Shown: positions 33,094 through 44,332, numbered from the stretch's first letter. The stretch: DNA of 48,083 nucleotides from Puniceicoccales bacterium (GCA_031284165.1 JAITAK010000052.1:1-48083), one strand, 5' to 3'. The notes: a model not told the origin generated them from the sequence alone. Program-made: numbers and translations.

Positions 33094-35238
33094 CTAAGGT
33101 AGGTCGGAGGCAAATAAAATTTCTCGTTCCAAAAATATTCCCTGCATTTCAAAGACTTTTTGCCGCATAAGGCGAAGCAATGATTTTATGTCTTTTGCCA
33201 CAGCCCTGCGATCGGCGTTGATAATAAAATTAGCGTGTTTTTCGGAAACTTGAGCCCCGCCCATAATCATTCCCTTCAATTGGGCTTGCTCAATGAGCAT
33301 ACCGGCGAAATGAGAAGGAGGATTTTTAAAAATACTTCCCCCATTGGGTTGTGTGGGCTGACTTGCTCTACGCCATCGCATTCTGTGTTGAATTTTTTCT
33401 CTTAAAGATTGCGGAGATTCGCTCTGCGGGAAAAAAAACTCAGCTTCTAAAATTACGCCATCGCGAAAACCATAACGATAGGAAAATTTCATCTGCGCTC
33501 TTAAAATGGTCTTTACCGCTCCAGAACGATCGAGAAATCTTATGCGAATCAGATGGTCTCCTATAGACTGTTGATGAGCTCCTGCATTCATATAAAGTGC
33601 TCCACCTATAGTTCCGGGAATCCCCGCTAATTCCTCGCAACCTTGGAATCCTAAAGCGGCTACGCGTTTGACAAAGACTGCCAAAGGCATTGCTGCAGCA
33701 ACCGTGACGCTGCGATGATGCACTATAAATAAAGGAGGCATCTTTTTCAATGAAATGAAAACACCTTTAAAATCATCCAGTAATAAGTTGGATCCGTGAC
33801 CGATGATAGCGTAAGGAATGTTGAAATCTTGGAATATGCCCATCAAGATAAGAAGTTCTTCTTCCGATTGAGATTCAATCCACAGGTGCGCTTGTGCAGC
33901 GATTTGGAATGTATTGTAGTGTTTCAAAGAAAAGTTTTCTTGGAAAGCAATGGTGTGTTTTATTAAACGATCTTTGATTTGGGCTAAACATTGCTTCAAT
34001 TGCCAGCGTTGTGCCTGCTCATAGATGTCACCTGCACCGATGAAAAGGATGGCTTCAGGAAGCTCATCGCTTAGATCAAATTGCTGGAGATCGAGATCTT
34101 CCACATTGGTGATGTATTTGACCTTAGTGGATTGTGGAAGATCTTGGAGTATCCTTTCTGTCGTTCCTGTGGGAAGCAACGACTCGTTGGCGGCGTATAC
34201 GGGTAATAAGAGCGTCGCTTTGTCCTTGAAAATCTCAGCAAAATCCTGGGCGTATTGCTCGGTACGAGAATAACGATGAGGCTGGAAAACACATAAAATT
34301 TTTTTGCCGGGATGCATGTTTTGGAACTTTTCTATATAGCAAGCGATTTCCGTGGGATGATGAGCGTAATCTGTCCAAATTTCTATGCGGTGATGACCAA
34401 TACCTACTTCCCCTAAACGTTGGTGGCGACGAAAAACTGGGCTGGGAGACACTTCCGATAAAATGGTCGCCTCTCCTTCTGCGGCTAATTGTTCCAGGAC
34501 TTTTTGAACAATGGCTTTGTTTTCTAAATCATGAGACGCGCCATGCGTTGTCGAAGGTGTGGGCGCGAAAAATCGAGGCACAGAGAGGTTTTGAACGATA
34601 TGGCGCAGCCGTATATTACCTTCGGGGATAATAACCGCGCGCCGTGTTTGGGAAAATAATTTTTCAAATGCCGCGTCTAAATTTTCTGGCGAACCGTAGG
34701 CCTTAAGATGATCATCTTCGAGATTAATCGCCGCGGTCATGTAAGGATGGAATGCTTCGATCGTGCGGTCGCTCTCATCGACTTCGCACAGCAGGTATGG
34801 ACTGTCCTTAATAAAAAGGGCAGGTGGTTTTCGATGATCTCTAAAAAATCCCCCTAAGATGTAACTACACGTCGGCCAATGATCAATCAACGCAGCCGTT
34901 GTGGTAGTTTTGCCATGAGATCCTGTAATAGCGACGACTTTTTTTTGTGCACAAAACTTCGCTAAAAAATATCCACGCCGAATGACAGGGATATTTCTTT
35001 CTCGGGCAATCCGTAGCCAGGGATGATTCTCCTTAACGGCACTGGAAAAAATGACGCCGTTGCTGTGCTGCGGGAACTGTTCACAGATCACAATTTGTTG
35101 AGCTTCTAAAAATCGTTCCCACGGCAGGGCAAGGGCATCGTCAAAGCCATAAACGCGATGCCCCTGCTGTCGAACATAAGATGCTAAAGGCGCCATACCC
35201 ATACCACCAATACCTAAAAATAAAAATTGCTTGCTCAT
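33094..35238 (-). CDS. murC-murB: Fused UDP-N-acetylmuramate--L-alanine ligase (MurC, N-terminal) / UDP-N-acetylenolpyruvoylglucosamine reductase (MurB, C-terminal)
   Basis: The N-terminal half has FLGIGGMGMAPLASYVRQQGHRVYGFD and the P-loop ITGSHGKTTTTA (MurC). From about aa 430 it has FSLKHYNTFQIAAQA, IIGHGSNLLLDD, ELAGIPGTIGGALYMNAG and GGSIFKNP (MurB). It is a single 714-aa frame with no internal stop. Confidence 0.85.
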   Translation of the reverse strand: MSKQFLFLGIGGMGMAPLASYVRQQGHRVYGFDDALALPWERFLEAQQIVICEQFPQHSNGVIFSSAVKENHPWLRIARERNIPVIRRGYFLAKFCAQKKVVAITGSHGKTTTTAALIDHWPTCSYILGGFFRDHRKPPALFIKDSPYLLCEVDESDRTIEAFHPYMTAAINLEDDHLKAYGSPENLDAAFEKLFSQTRRAVIIPEGNIRLRHIVQNLSVPRFFAPTPSTTHGASHDLENKAIVQKVLEQLAAEGEATILSEVSPSPVFRRHQRLGEVGIGHHRIEIWTDYAHHPTEIACYIEKFQNMHPGKKILCVFQPHRYSRTEQYAQDFAEIFKDKATLLLPVYAANESLLPTGTTERILQDLPQSTKVKYITNVEDLDLQQFDLSDELPEAILFIGAGDIYEQAQRWQLKQCLAQIKDRLIKHTIAFQENFSLKHYNTFQIAAQAHLWIESQSEEELLILMGIFQDFNIPYAIIGHGSNLLLDDFKGVFISLKKMPPLFIVHHRSVTVAAAMPLAVFVKRVAALGFQGCEELAGIPGTIGGALYMNAGAHQQSIGDHLIRIRFLDRSGAVKTILRAQMKFSYRYGFRDGVILEAEFFFPQSESPQSLREKIQHRMRWRRASQPTQPNGGSIFKNPPSHFAGMLIEQAQLKGMIMGGAQVSEKHANFIINADRRAVAKDIKSLLRLMRQKVFEMQGIFLEREILFASDLP

Positions 35239-35412
35239 CCTAAAAGATTTTAACCTATAAAGTGATCAATGAAGAATCGAAAATAATGGCGAGTATAATT
35301 GTTAAAGGCGCTAATTTTTACTTAGGACTACATTACTATATCGCTATAGGTCTTTGTGACGTCTGCATGGACACTTGTCACTCACTGTGAATGGCTTGAG
35401 GCTCAATGAAAG

Positions 35413-35440
35413 TTGCAATGCCACCGATAAAAAATATATT
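35413..35440 (+). promoter_or_regulatory. Sigma-70-like promoter candidate for priA
   Basis: TTGCAA (35413-35418), a 16-nt spacer, then TATATT (35435-35440). The predicted start site is within a few nt of the priA ATG at 35449. No Shine-Dalgarno is visible. Confidence 0.35.
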
Positions 35441-35448
35441 ATTTGTCC

Positions 35449-37671
35449 ATGGCTGTCGTGTTTGTCGCTGAAGTTTTAGTCTTTGCTCCTATCGATCGGC
35501 CATTGAAATACACCATTCCTGAAGCATTATGCTCTGCAATTTTGCCAGGAAGTTTGGTTCATATTACGGTTGGAAAAGTGAAAAAAATGGGCCTCGTTTG
35601 TCGTATTCATCACATCGACCCGCAAAGCCTAACCTACACCTTAAAATCGATTATAAGCATGATTTATGATATTCCTATAACGCACGAAATCCTCATTCAA
35701 TTTTATTTTTGGATCGCCAAGTACTATGTTTGTGATCTTTTTTCCGTTATTGATACCGCCATTCCCAATGTGATTCGCAAGAATATTCCATTGAAATTGA
35801 TTCCTTACTTACAGCTCTCGACCCCAGTCTGTACATCGATTGATCCTAAAAAGTGTCCTAAGCAGTATGAGGCATTGGAATTTCTCAAGCAAAATCCCTA
35901 TCTTTTGAAAAACAAATTCCTGGAGCGATTTTCGCGCAATATCTTAGATACCTTACTGCAAAGAAATGCCGTCTACGAAACATTCCAGCGCGAAGAACGC
36001 ATTGCTTATACCCGTTCTGATCTTATCCATCCTCAACATCACCCCATTCAGTTAACCGCAGAACAATGGCAAGTCGTTCATTCCGTCAATGAAAGTTTAG
36101 ATCAAAGAACGTTTAACGTTCATTTGTTGCATGGAGTTACGGGATCCGGAAAAACGGAGGTTTATATTAAACTTATAGAGCGCGTTATCAGAGAAGGGGG
36201 CTCCGTGCTCTATCTATTGCCTGAACTGGCACTGACAGCACAAATCGTCGAAAAAATTCGATCGCGCCTCGAAGGACTTACGGTATGGGTTTGGCATAGC
36301 AGTTTAAGCGATGGAGAACGCAGAGATACGTGGTTTGGCGCACTGAATCATACAGCAACCGTCATTGTGGGCGCGCGATCGGCGCTATTTTTGCCATTGA
36401 ATCATTTGCGATTGATTATCGTCGACGAAGAGCATGAGTTCGCTTATAAACAAAACGAAACGCCTCGTTATCACGGTCGCGATGCAGCGATTTACCGTGC
36501 CAAACTTCATGGGGCAACATGCCTCTTAGGCTCGGCGACGCCTTCTGTAGAGTCGATTTTTAATACGAGATTTAAAAATTATAAGTTGGAAACGCTACCC
36601 CATCGTATCGACCATCGTCCATTACCTCTGGTCCATATCGTTGATATGCGCTACGAACCTCAAGGACACTATGGGGTCCTTTCGCGGTTGCTTGTCGAAA
36701 AAATGAAAACGTGCCTAGAAAAAAAAGAACAGATCATCCTATTTTTAAATCGACGAGGCTATGCAACCACTATTTTATGCAAAAGTTGCGATTTTATCGC
36801 ATCCTGTCCCCATTGCAGTGTTCCTTTAACTTTCCATAAAACCATCCGTCAGTTTCTTTGCCATTTTTGTTCTTATCAGGAACAACCGCATACTCAATGT
36901 CCCCAGTGCGGCTCACCGGAGATTTTCTATAGGGGCATCGGAACCCAGAAAATAGAGCAAATAACGCAAAACCTTTTCCTCAACGCCTGCGTTGCACGCA
37001 TAGATTCCGATGTTATGGGAAAAAAACACAAGTTTATTCATATTTTGAATGATTTTCGCAGTGGCAAAATCGACATTCTTGTGGGAACGCAGATGATTGC
37101 TAAGGGATTGGATTTTCCTAATGTAACCCTCGTCGGGTTAATCAACGCAGATGGGGCCCTGAATCAACAGGATTTTCGCGCTAATGAAAAAACTTTCCAA
37201 CTTCTAGTCCAAGTGGCCGGACGATCCGGACGCGGAGATCACGGCGGTGAAGTAGTGCTTCAAACCCATATTCCTAACAACGAAACCATCTTTCTGGCTA
37301 AGAATGCGGACTTCAACGCGTTTATCGATAGGGAATTAAGTTTGCGTCAGCACTTTGCTTACCCGCCCTATCGCCATATCATTCATTGTAATATTTCCGG
37401 AACTCACCTCGAAGCCACAGAAGTCTTTGCTAAAGAAAGCTTCATTAAACAACTTCGCGAAGTCTTTGCAGAAGATACGCTTCACACGGAAATCCGGGGC
37501 CCCATGACTTCGCCTATTGAAAAAATCCAAGATCGCTATCGCTATTTCGTCCTAATTTTTACTCGAAACATCAGCAAGACCTGCAAAAAAATTTACGATT
37601 TTAGCCACCAAATTCACATTCCCCAAGGTATTTTCTTATCCATCGATGTTGATGCCTTGGATTTTGTGTGA
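35449..37671 (+). CDS. priA: Primosomal protein N' (replication restart helicase)
   Basis: Walker A GVTGSGKTEVY, DEEH box (IIVDEEHE), the Cys-rich zinc region CKSCDFIASCPHCSVPLTFH...CHFCSYQ...CPQCGS, and GTQMIAKGLDFPNVTLV. The ATG is at 35449 (the listed 35443 is TTG). Confidence 0.9.
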   Translation: MAVVFVAEVLVFAPIDRPLKYTIPEALCSAILPGSLVHITVGKVKKMGLVCRIHHIDPQSLTYTLKSIISMIYDIPITHEILIQFYFWIAKYYVCDLFSVIDTAIPNVIRKNIPLKLIPYLQLSTPVCTSIDPKKCPKQYEALEFLKQNPYLLKNKFLERFSRNILDTLLQRNAVYETFQREERIAYTRSDLIHPQHHPIQLTAEQWQVVHSVNESLDQRTFNVHLLHGVTGSGKTEVYIKLIERVIREGGSVLYLLPELALTAQIVEKIRSRLEGLTVWVWHSSLSDGERRDTWFGALNHTATVIVGARSALFLPLNHLRLIIVDEEHEFAYKQNETPRYHGRDAAIYRAKLHGATCLLGSATPSVESIFNTRFKNYKLETLPHRIDHRPLPLVHIVDMRYEPQGHYGVLSRLLVEKMKTCLEKKEQIILFLNRRGYATTILCKSCDFIASCPHCSVPLTFHKTIRQFLCHFCSYQEQPHTQCPQCGSPEIFYRGIGTQKIEQITQNLFLNACVARIDSDVMGKKHKFIHILNDFRSGKIDILVGTQMIAKGLDFPNVTLVGLINADGALNQQDFRANEKTFQLLVQVAGRSGRGDHGGEVVLQTHIPNNETIFLAKNADFNAFIDRELSLRQHFAYPPYRHIIHCNISGTHLEATEVFAKESFIKQLREVFAEDTLHTEIRGPMTSPIEKIQDRYRYFVLIFTRNISKTCKKIYDFSHQIHIPQGIFLSIDVDALDFV

Positions 37672-37749
37672 CTATGAAAAAGCTTGCTCTTACCTTTTTA
37701 TTTGATTAGGGAACCTTGGACTTTTTAAAATTAAAACTATCTAGAAAAA

Positions 37750-38457
37750 ATGGGAACACAGATGAATGAAGCAGGACATCGAGAACGACTACGTCAACGC
37801 TTCTTAACCTCAGGATTACCAGCATTTGCAGATCACGAAGTTGTAGAGTTATTTCTAACGCTTTGCATCCCTAGAAAGGACGTTAAGTCTCCGGCAAAAG
37901 CACTATTACAAAAGTTCGGTTCTATTCAAAAAATCTTTGATGCTGATATCGATGCGCTATCCCAGATCAAAGACGTAGGTCACGTAGCACCTATCGCCAT
38001 AAAAATCATCAAATCACTTGCCGAAATTTATCTACGAAAGAACATCGAAATTGCGGAATGTAGTCTTAACAGCCAAGAGAAGTTGGAGGAATTTTGGCGA
38101 TTAAGATTAGGAGGCATAGAATTCGAAGTACTCGAAATTGCGTTGCTCAACCCGCAATTTCAATTATTGGAAAATGGGGTCCTACGATTAGGAGAAGGTG
38201 TCGTACATCAAATACAGGTCCAGCCACGTAAAATTATAGAGTATGCTTTACAACATCACGCCAGCGCGATTATTATTGCCCATAATCATCCTTCGGGAGC
38301 GACCATTCCTTCCCGGGAAGATTATTTTTTAACTAAAGAAGTTGAAAAAGCCGCTGAACCTTTGGACATTATACTCTTTGACCATTTCATCATTACCCAT
38401 TGCGAAATTTTTTCGTTTCGAAAAGAGAAGTTGATTAATCCAACGAGGTATTTATGA
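37750..38457 (+). CDS. radC: RadC-family JAB/MPN domain protein
   Basis: It has an N-terminal HhH-like region (GHRERLRQRF...LSQIKDVG) and the JAMM motif IIAHNHPSG. Confidence 0.85.
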   Translation: MGTQMNEAGHRERLRQRFLTSGLPAFADHEVVELFLTLCIPRKDVKSPAKALLQKFGSIQKIFDADIDALSQIKDVGHVAPIAIKIIKSLAEIYLRKNIEIAECSLNSQEKLEEFWRLRLGGIEFEVLEIALLNPQFQLLENGVLRLGEGVVHQIQVQPRKIIEYALQHHASAIIIAHNHPSGATIPSREDYFLTKEVEKAAEPLDIILFDHFIITHCEIFSFRKEKLINPTRYL

Positions 38458-38555
38458 TATTTGTGTGCTGCGGTGAGCTTAAGGAATGACAAAATTTTGC
38501 TGAAAAAATGCACCTATTATTGACTTCAAATTTTATATGATTTTAAATTTCCTCT

Positions 38556-39530
38556 ATGAAAATCTCGATTATCGGTGCAGGAGCTTGGGGGACCGCTGTT
38601 GCTTTAAGCAGTTTCTATCCAGGGCACGCTATAACTTTGATCACTAAGTCAAAACAAGATGCCGAAGAAATTAACACTCATCATGAAAATATAACTTTTT
38701 TCCCGGGGATTAAAATTCCAGAAGCTATTAGCGTCACCCATCAATATTCCTCTTTAGCATCCTGTGATGTGCTTTTTCTCATTTGCCCATCCAATGCCAT
38801 CGATGATGTTTGCGCCCGCGTTAAAACGTATGCTTTGCCAACATCAACGCCAATTTTTTCCTTCTGTAAAGGATTACCTGGTGCTCAATGGGAGCCTCCA
38901 AGTATGTATATCCATCGCCATTTTCCCTCTCATCCCTTTGCCGTACTCTCAGGACCTTCCTATGCACGCGAAGTAGCACTAGGTCTCCCTACAAAACTCG
39001 TCTTGGCCTCAGCGAATCATTGTTGTCGCGATATTCCTATCTCCTTTAATAATATGACCATCGAGTATACCACCGATGTCATTGGGGTAGAATTAGGAGG
39101 ATGCTTAAAAAACGTGTACGCTATCGGCGCAGGAATATTTGATGGCTTTCGATTCGGCGATAATGCGAAGTGTTCTTATATAACGGTATGTCTCCACGAA
39201 ATGATTGCCATTGGTCAGAAATTGGGAGCCGAAGAAAGCACATTTTTCGGCCCCAGTGGGCTAGGAGATTTACTGGCAACTTGTTCTGGAAATTGGAGTC
39301 GCAATCGCGCCTTTGGCGAAAAGATCGCTCAAAATAATAATCCAAAAGACATTATCGATGATTCCGTTGCCGCCATCGAAGGTTACCGGTCAGCGCGAAC
39401 GTTCTATAATATTTTTCAAGAAAAAATGATCTCTGCGCCAATTCTCGAAGGGCTTTACCATATTTTGTATGGACAACTTTCCCGGGATTTAATGCAAACG
39501 ACTCTATTAGAAACCGTATTCTCGAAATAA
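38556..39530 (+). CDS. gpsA: NAD(P)H-dependent glycerol-3-phosphate dehydrogenase
   Basis: Rossmann start KISIIGAGAWGTAVAL, LSGPSYAREVA, GGCLKNVYAIGAG, and GLGDLLATC..SRNR. Confidence 0.88.
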   Translation: MKISIIGAGAWGTAVALSSFYPGHAITLITKSKQDAEEINTHHENITFFPGIKIPEAISVTHQYSSLASCDVLFLICPSNAIDDVCARVKTYALPTSTPIFSFCKGLPGAQWEPPSMYIHRHFPSHPFAVLSGPSYAREVALGLPTKLVLASANHCCRDIPISFNNMTIEYTTDVIGVELGGCLKNVYAIGAGIFDGFRFGDNAKCSYITVCLHEMIAIGQKLGAEESTFFGPSGLGDLLATCSGNWSRNRAFGEKIAQNNNPKDIIDDSVAAIEGYRSARTFYNIFQEKMISAPILEGLYHILYGQLSRDLMQTTLLETVFSK

Positions 39531-39551
39531 TTTTCCCAATGATTTAAAATC

Positions 39552-40040
39552 ATGAAATGCCCAAAGTGCAATTGCAACCATAGTAAAGTCACGGATACGC
39601 GCATAGCTTTAGATCAGAAAAGTATACGTCGCCGTCGCAAGTGCAGTGCATGCGGTTACAAATTCTCCACGACGGAAGTTTATTGTAAAATGGAACTCGT
39701 CGTCAAAAAACGCGATGGGAGGGAGGAAGATTTCGATGCTGAAAAAATTATGCGTGGGTTACAAAAGGCGGTAAAATTGAACGGCGTAAATGAGCGAAAA
39801 ATCGAAGTCATTATGCAAAATATTTTGCAAAAAATCCGCGATCATCATTCGCAAAAGCTCTCTACGGAAGATGTCGGTCAAATTGTCATGGAAGAATTAA
39901 AAAAAACCGATCCTATGGCCTATTTGCGTTTCGCCAGCATTTGCAAAAAGTTTCACGCAGCTCACGAGTTTGAGCAAGAGGTCAGAAACTTGGAGCAAAT
40001 TGAAGGTGTGGGGCATGAATCGATTTCATTATCCAATTAA
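39552..40040 (+). CDS. nrdR: Transcriptional repressor NrdR (zinc ribbon plus ATP-cone)
   Basis: MKCPKCNCNHSKVTDTR...RRRRKCSACGYKFSTTE is followed by an ATP-cone (VVKRDGREEDFDAEKI...). Confidence 0.9.
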   Translation: MKCPKCNCNHSKVTDTRIALDQKSIRRRRKCSACGYKFSTTEVYCKMELVVKKRDGREEDFDAEKIMRGLQKAVKLNGVNERKIEVIMQNILQKIRDHHSQKLSTEDVGQIVMEELKKTDPMAYLRFASICKKFHAAHEFEQEVRNLEQIEGVGHESISLSN

Positions 40041-40076
40041 GCTTGCGCAGAGAAAATATACACAAAAACTAAAGTA

Positions 40077-41495
40077 ATGAGTACATCCATAGCCCTCGTT
40101 GGTCGTCCCAATGTGGGTAAAAGTCGTTTATTTAATCGCCTAGTCAAACGGCGCATCTCGATTGTCCACGATCAACCAGGGACGACACGTGATGTGATCA
40201 TTGAAACGCTTCCCAATGACATTACATTAATGGATACGGGAGGTATGGGTCTATCTTCATCTCAGGAAGAAATGACCTTATTATCGGCTGTCGAAATGCA
40301 GGTACATTTCGCATTACAGGCCGCTGAAGTTATATTTTTCGTCGTCGACGCCCGTATGGGGTGTGTGCCTCTCGATTGTGAAATTGCGGCGATGTTGCGA
40401 AAGTTTAGCAAAAAAGTATATCTTATTGTTAATAAAATTGATTCCGAAAAAGAAATAAACCGCAGCGATGCGTTTCACGGTTTAGGATTTAGCGATGTCA
40501 TTCCCGTATCGGCAGAACATGGTTACGGAGAATGGGATTTGTGGAAAGTGATCAACCAATACGCCCAGTCGAACGAAAATGAAAAGGAAAATAATGCAAC
40601 AGATACAACGATTAAAATCAACTTGCTGGGACGGCCTAACGTAGGTAAATCTTCCATCGTCAATGCACTGCTCAAAGAAAATCGCATGATCGTCAATCCT
40701 AAGGCAGGAACAACGCGCGATTCTGTGCGTTGCAATCTTCATTTTACAGTCAATCACAAAGGATATCATTTTCAACTCGTCGATACTGCTGGACTGCGGG
40801 AAAAGAAAAAAGTAAATACCTCTCTGGAATTTTTTTCCGCATTGCGTTCGGAGCGTGCCATTGACTTCGCCGATATTACATTTTTAGTTGTTGACGCCTT
40901 GTCAGGGATTAGGCGCCAGGATAAAAAATTACTGGGTCAAGTTTTGGAGAAGGGAAAATGCTTTGCCCTGATAGTTAATAAGTGGGATTTTGCTGACGAC
41001 CACATTAAACAATCCGCTGATCATCAATGTTGCTCTATTGGCGATTTTCAAGAGAAATTTGTAGCAGCGATTCGGAAAGAATTATTCGCATTAGCTGCAT
41101 TTCCCATACTCTTTGTCTCCGCAAAGACGGGCTATGGTATAGAGCATATTTTGCGCGAAGGTGCGGATTTATTCGAAAGAGCTTCCGCAATGGTTTCAAC
41201 GGGGAAATTAAATCGCGTTATACAAAATTTATTCGATCGTCATCCTCCAGCGGCTGTTTCAGGGAAACGCTTTAAAATCTACTATGCCGTTCATTGTAAA
41301 ACTTTTCCATTCCGATTGAAAATTTTTTGCAATCGTGCTCAAAGATTATCGGAGCCCTATCGTCGGTATCTGGAAAACGGAATTCGCAGTGCTTTTGATT
41401 TATCGGGTTGTCCTTTGGTTTTTGAGTTTATCGACAAAGAAATGCGTTACGCCCCGTCATTGATAAAGTCAGATAAGGGCTGTGCGCTCCTATGA
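40077..41495 (+). CDS. der: Ribosome-associated GTPase Der/EngA (double GTPase domain)
   Basis: Two G1 motifs (LVGRPNVGKSRLFN; LLGRPNVGKSSIVN), DTGG/DTAG, and NKID/NKWD, plus a KH-like C-terminus. Confidence 0.9.
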   Translation: MSTSIALVGRPNVGKSRLFNRLVKRRISIVHDQPGTTRDVIIETLPNDITLMDTGGMGLSSSQEEMTLLSAVEMQVHFALQAAEVIFFVVDARMGCVPLDCEIAAMLRKFSKKVYLIVNKIDSEKEINRSDAFHGLGFSDVIPVSAEHGYGEWDLWKVINQYAQSNENEKENNATDTTIKINLLGRPNVGKSSIVNALLKENRMIVNPKAGTTRDSVRCNLHFTVNHKGYHFQLVDTAGLREKKKVNTSLEFFSALRSERAIDFADITFLVVDALSGIRRQDKKLLGQVLEKGKCFALIVNKWDFADDHIKQSADHQCCSIGDFQEKFVAAIRKELFALAAFPILFVSAKTGYGIEHILREGADLFERASAMVSTGKLNRVIQNLFDRHPPAAVSGKRFKIYYAVHCKTFPFRLKIFCNRAQRLSEPYRRYLENGIRSAFDLSGCPLVFEFIDKEMRYAPSLIKSDKGCALL

Positions 41496-41582
41496 TCTCT
41501 GTCAGGAGAGTGCATATCGGCATCACTTTACTATCGCCATAAATTAGGGTTAGACAGGCGTGATATTGAATATTGAAAAAAG

Positions 41583-41611
41583 TTGACGTTTAGGCTGTAG
41601 GGTAATTTAAT
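41583..41611 (+). promoter_or_regulatory. Sigma-70-like promoter candidate for ppdK
   Basis: TTGACG (41583-41588), a 17-nt spacer, then TTTAAT (41606-41611). The ATG at 41618 is only 7 nt after the -10 element, and no Shine-Dalgarno is visible. Confidence 0.35.
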
Positions 41612-41617
41612 CAGCGC

Positions 41618-44332
41618 ATGTCTGAACAAAATAGGATATACGAATTCGGGAAGAAGATTGATGGTGATGCGACCATGAAGGCGCTATTGGGAGGGAAAGG
41701 GGCAAACTTAGCTGAAATGGCACGTATTGGATTGCCGGTTCCTCCAGGTTTTACGATAACAACGGAAGTTTGTATTGAATTTAGGAAGAATAATGAGCGG
41801 TTACCCAATGACGTTTTAGATCAAGTAAAAACGGCGATCAAAAATGTAGAGGCGCAACAGGGAAAACGATTTGGCGATTTAGAAAATCCGCTATTATTTT
41901 CTGTGCGTTCTGGAGCGCGAGAATCGATGCCGGGAATGATGGATACGATTTTAAATCTCGGCCTTAACGATCAAAGTGTGCAAGGATTAGCTCGAAGAAC
42001 GAACAATCCGCGTTTTGCCTACGATTGTTACCGCCGTTTTATTCAAATGTACGGCGATGTCGTGATGGGCGTCCGAGCTCATGATGATCATGAGGAAGAG
42101 CCTTTTGACCGGGTTTTGAGACAATTAAAAAATGAGGTGAAGGCGATCAACGATGTGGACCTCACGGCAGAGCAACTGCAGCAATTGATTGAGCGTTATA
42201 AGGTTTTAGTCGAGAAGACCGTTGGAATGGAATTCCCACAAGATGTTCATCAACAATTAGAAGGCGCTATTGGGGCCGTATTTAAGTCTTGGAATAATGA
42301 ACGAGCCGTCATTTACCGTCGAAAGTACAATATTCCTTCGGAATGGGGAACCGCTGTCAATATACAATCGATGGTTTTTGGAAATATGGGGAACAATTGT
42401 GCGACAGGTGTCGCATTTACGCGGAATCCCGCTAATGGCCAGCGAGAATTTTACGGAGAATATTTAATTAATGCTCAAGGCGAAGACGTTGTTGCAGGAA
42501 TTCGTACTCCGCAACCGATTAGCGCATTACACAAGGATATGCCTAGCGTTTTTGAGCAATTAGTTACAGTTTGTAAGACTCTAGAGGATCATTTTAAGGA
42601 CATGCAGGATTTTGAATTTACCGTCGAGCAGGATAAACTCTATATGTTGCAGACGCGCCATGGAAAGCGTACAGGATTGGCTGCAGTGCGCATTGCGGTA
42701 GAAATGGTGGAAGAGGGGCGTATTGCTAAAGAAGACGCAATTCGGCGCATTCCCGCCGACTCTATTTCCTCCTTACTCGTTCCTGTGTTCGACGAACAGG
42801 AAAAAAAGGGATTGAAAAAATTAGCTACGGGATTACCGGCAGGACCGGGAGCCGCTTGTGGAAAAATTTATTTTTCCGCAAAGGTTGCGGAAGAGGTCCA
42901 CGCTGCAGGCGAAAAAGTCATTCTCTGTCGCATCGAAACATCTCCTGAGGATATCCGGGGAATGTTAACGGCGGAAGGGATTTTAACGAGTCGTGGAGGA
43001 GTAAGTTCTCATGCAGCTTTAGTGGCGCGGCAAATGGGAAAAGTATGCGTTTGTGGTGCGGGTTCGCTCCATATCGATTACACTTCGAAGACGATTCAGG
43101 TTGAAGGGGTTGTGATTAAGGAAGGCGATTACGTTTCCATTGACGGAACAACCGGAGAGGTTTTCGCGGGGAAGGTAGCAACGGTACCTTCGGAAGTAAA
43201 CCGCGTTTTAAGCAATGAAATGTCGGTGGAAGCGAGTTACATCTACCGCTTATTTGCCACGGTTATGCAATGGGCCGATGATTTTCGTCAATTGGGAATA
43301 TGGACCAATGCCGATACGCCAAAACAAGCGCAAGAGGCGTTTCAACTGGGTGCGGAAGGAATCGGACTATGCCGCACGGAACATATGTTTTTCGAAGATG
43401 ACCGCATTGACTTTATGCGAAAAATGATTTTGGCACCGACGACCGAAGATCGCATCGAAGCCCTAAACTGTCTCAAACCACTGCAGCGCGGCGATTTTGA
43501 AGGACTATTTCGAGAAATGAAAGGGCTTCCGGTCACGATTCGCCTTTTAGATCCTCCATTGCATGAATTTTTACCGAATATAGAAGAAGCCCTAGCAACA
43601 CTTTCCCAAAAGTTTACCATACCTATAGAATGGATTAAGACAAGGGTTCAGGCCCTTCATGAACAGAACCCAATGTTGGGACATCGCGGTTGCCGATTGG
43701 GCATGACTTACCCTGAAATGACGATGATGCAGGCTTCAGCAATTTTTGAAGCTATGATACAGGTCATGGATGAGGGCATCGATGTTGCGGTAGAAGTTAT
43801 GATTCCGCTGGTGGCATTTACAGGAGAGCTCAGCGGACAGATTGCCCTGATTGAGGCTGCCGCTGAGAAAGTAATGAAGGAAAAAGGAAAAGTTCTGACC
43901 TATAAAGTAGGCACGATGTTAGAGTTACCTCGTGCCGCCTTGATCGCGGATAAAATTGCAGAAAAAGCAGAATTTTTTAGCTTCGGAACCAATGATCTGA
44001 CACAAACGACGTTGGGGATGAGTCGCGATGATTCGGGAACATTTTTGCCCGATTACATCGCTCAAGAAGTCATTGAACGCAATCCTTTTGCTTCCATCGA
44101 TATAGAAGGCGTTGGCCAGATTATGGAAATTGCGGTCACAAAAGCAAAAAAAGTTAGACCTGACATAAAGCTGGGCATTTGCGGAGAACATGGAGGTGAT
44201 CCTGACTCCATAAAATTCTGCCATAAATTGGGGTTGAGCTATGTCAGTTGTGCTCCTAACCGCATTCCCGTTGCTAAAATTGCTGCTGCTCAAGCGGCGT
44301 TAGATCTTAATAAACAAGGCCAAAAAAATTGA
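41618..44332 (+). CDS. ppdK: Pyruvate, phosphate dikinase
   Basis: [28 protein letters not shown], the phospho-His region [28 protein letters not shown], and [21 protein letters not shown]. Length is 904 aa. Confidence 0.93.
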   Translation: MSEQNRIYEFGKKIDGDATMKALLGGKGANLAEMARIGLPVPPGFTITTEVCIEFRKNNERLPNDVLDQVKTAIKNVEAQQGKRFGDLENPLLFSVRSGARESMPGMMDTILNLGLNDQSVQGLARRTNNPRFAYDCYRRFIQMYGDVVMGVRAHDDHEEEPFDRVLRQLKNEVKAINDVDLTAEQLQQLIERYKVLVEKTVGMEFPQDVHQQLEGAIGAVFKSWNNERAVIYRRKYNIPSEWGTAVNIQSMVFGNMGNNCATGVAFTRNPANGQREFYGEYLINAQGEDVVAGIRTPQPISALHKDMPSVFEQLVTVCKTLEDHFKDMQDFEFTVEQDKLYMLQTRHGKRTGLAAVRIAVEMVEEGRIAKEDAIRRIPADSISSLLVPVFDEQEKKGLKKLATGLPAGPGAACGKIYFSAKVAEEVHAAGEKVILCRIETSPEDIRGMLTAEGILTSRGGVSSHAALVARQMGKVCVCGAGSLHIDYTSKTIQVEGVVIKEGDYVSIDGTTGEVFAGKVATVPSEVNRVLSNEMSVEASYIYRLFATVMQWADDFRQLGIWTNADTPKQAQEAFQLGAEGIGLCRTEHMFFEDDRIDFMRKMILAPTTEDRIEALNCLKPLQRGDFEGLFREMKGLPVTIRLLDPPLHEFLPNIEEALATLSQKFTIPIEWIKTRVQALHEQNPMLGHRGCRLGMTYPEMTMMQASAIFEAMIQVMDEGIDVAVEVMIPLVAFTGELSGQIALIEAAAEKVMKEKGKVLTYKVGTMLELPRAALIADKIAEKAEFFSFGTNDLTQTTLGMSRDDSGTFLPDYIAQEVIERNPFASIDIEGVGQIMEIAVTKAKKVRPDIKLGICGEHGGDPDSIKFCHKLGLSYVSCAPNRIPVAKIAAAQAALDLNKQGQKN

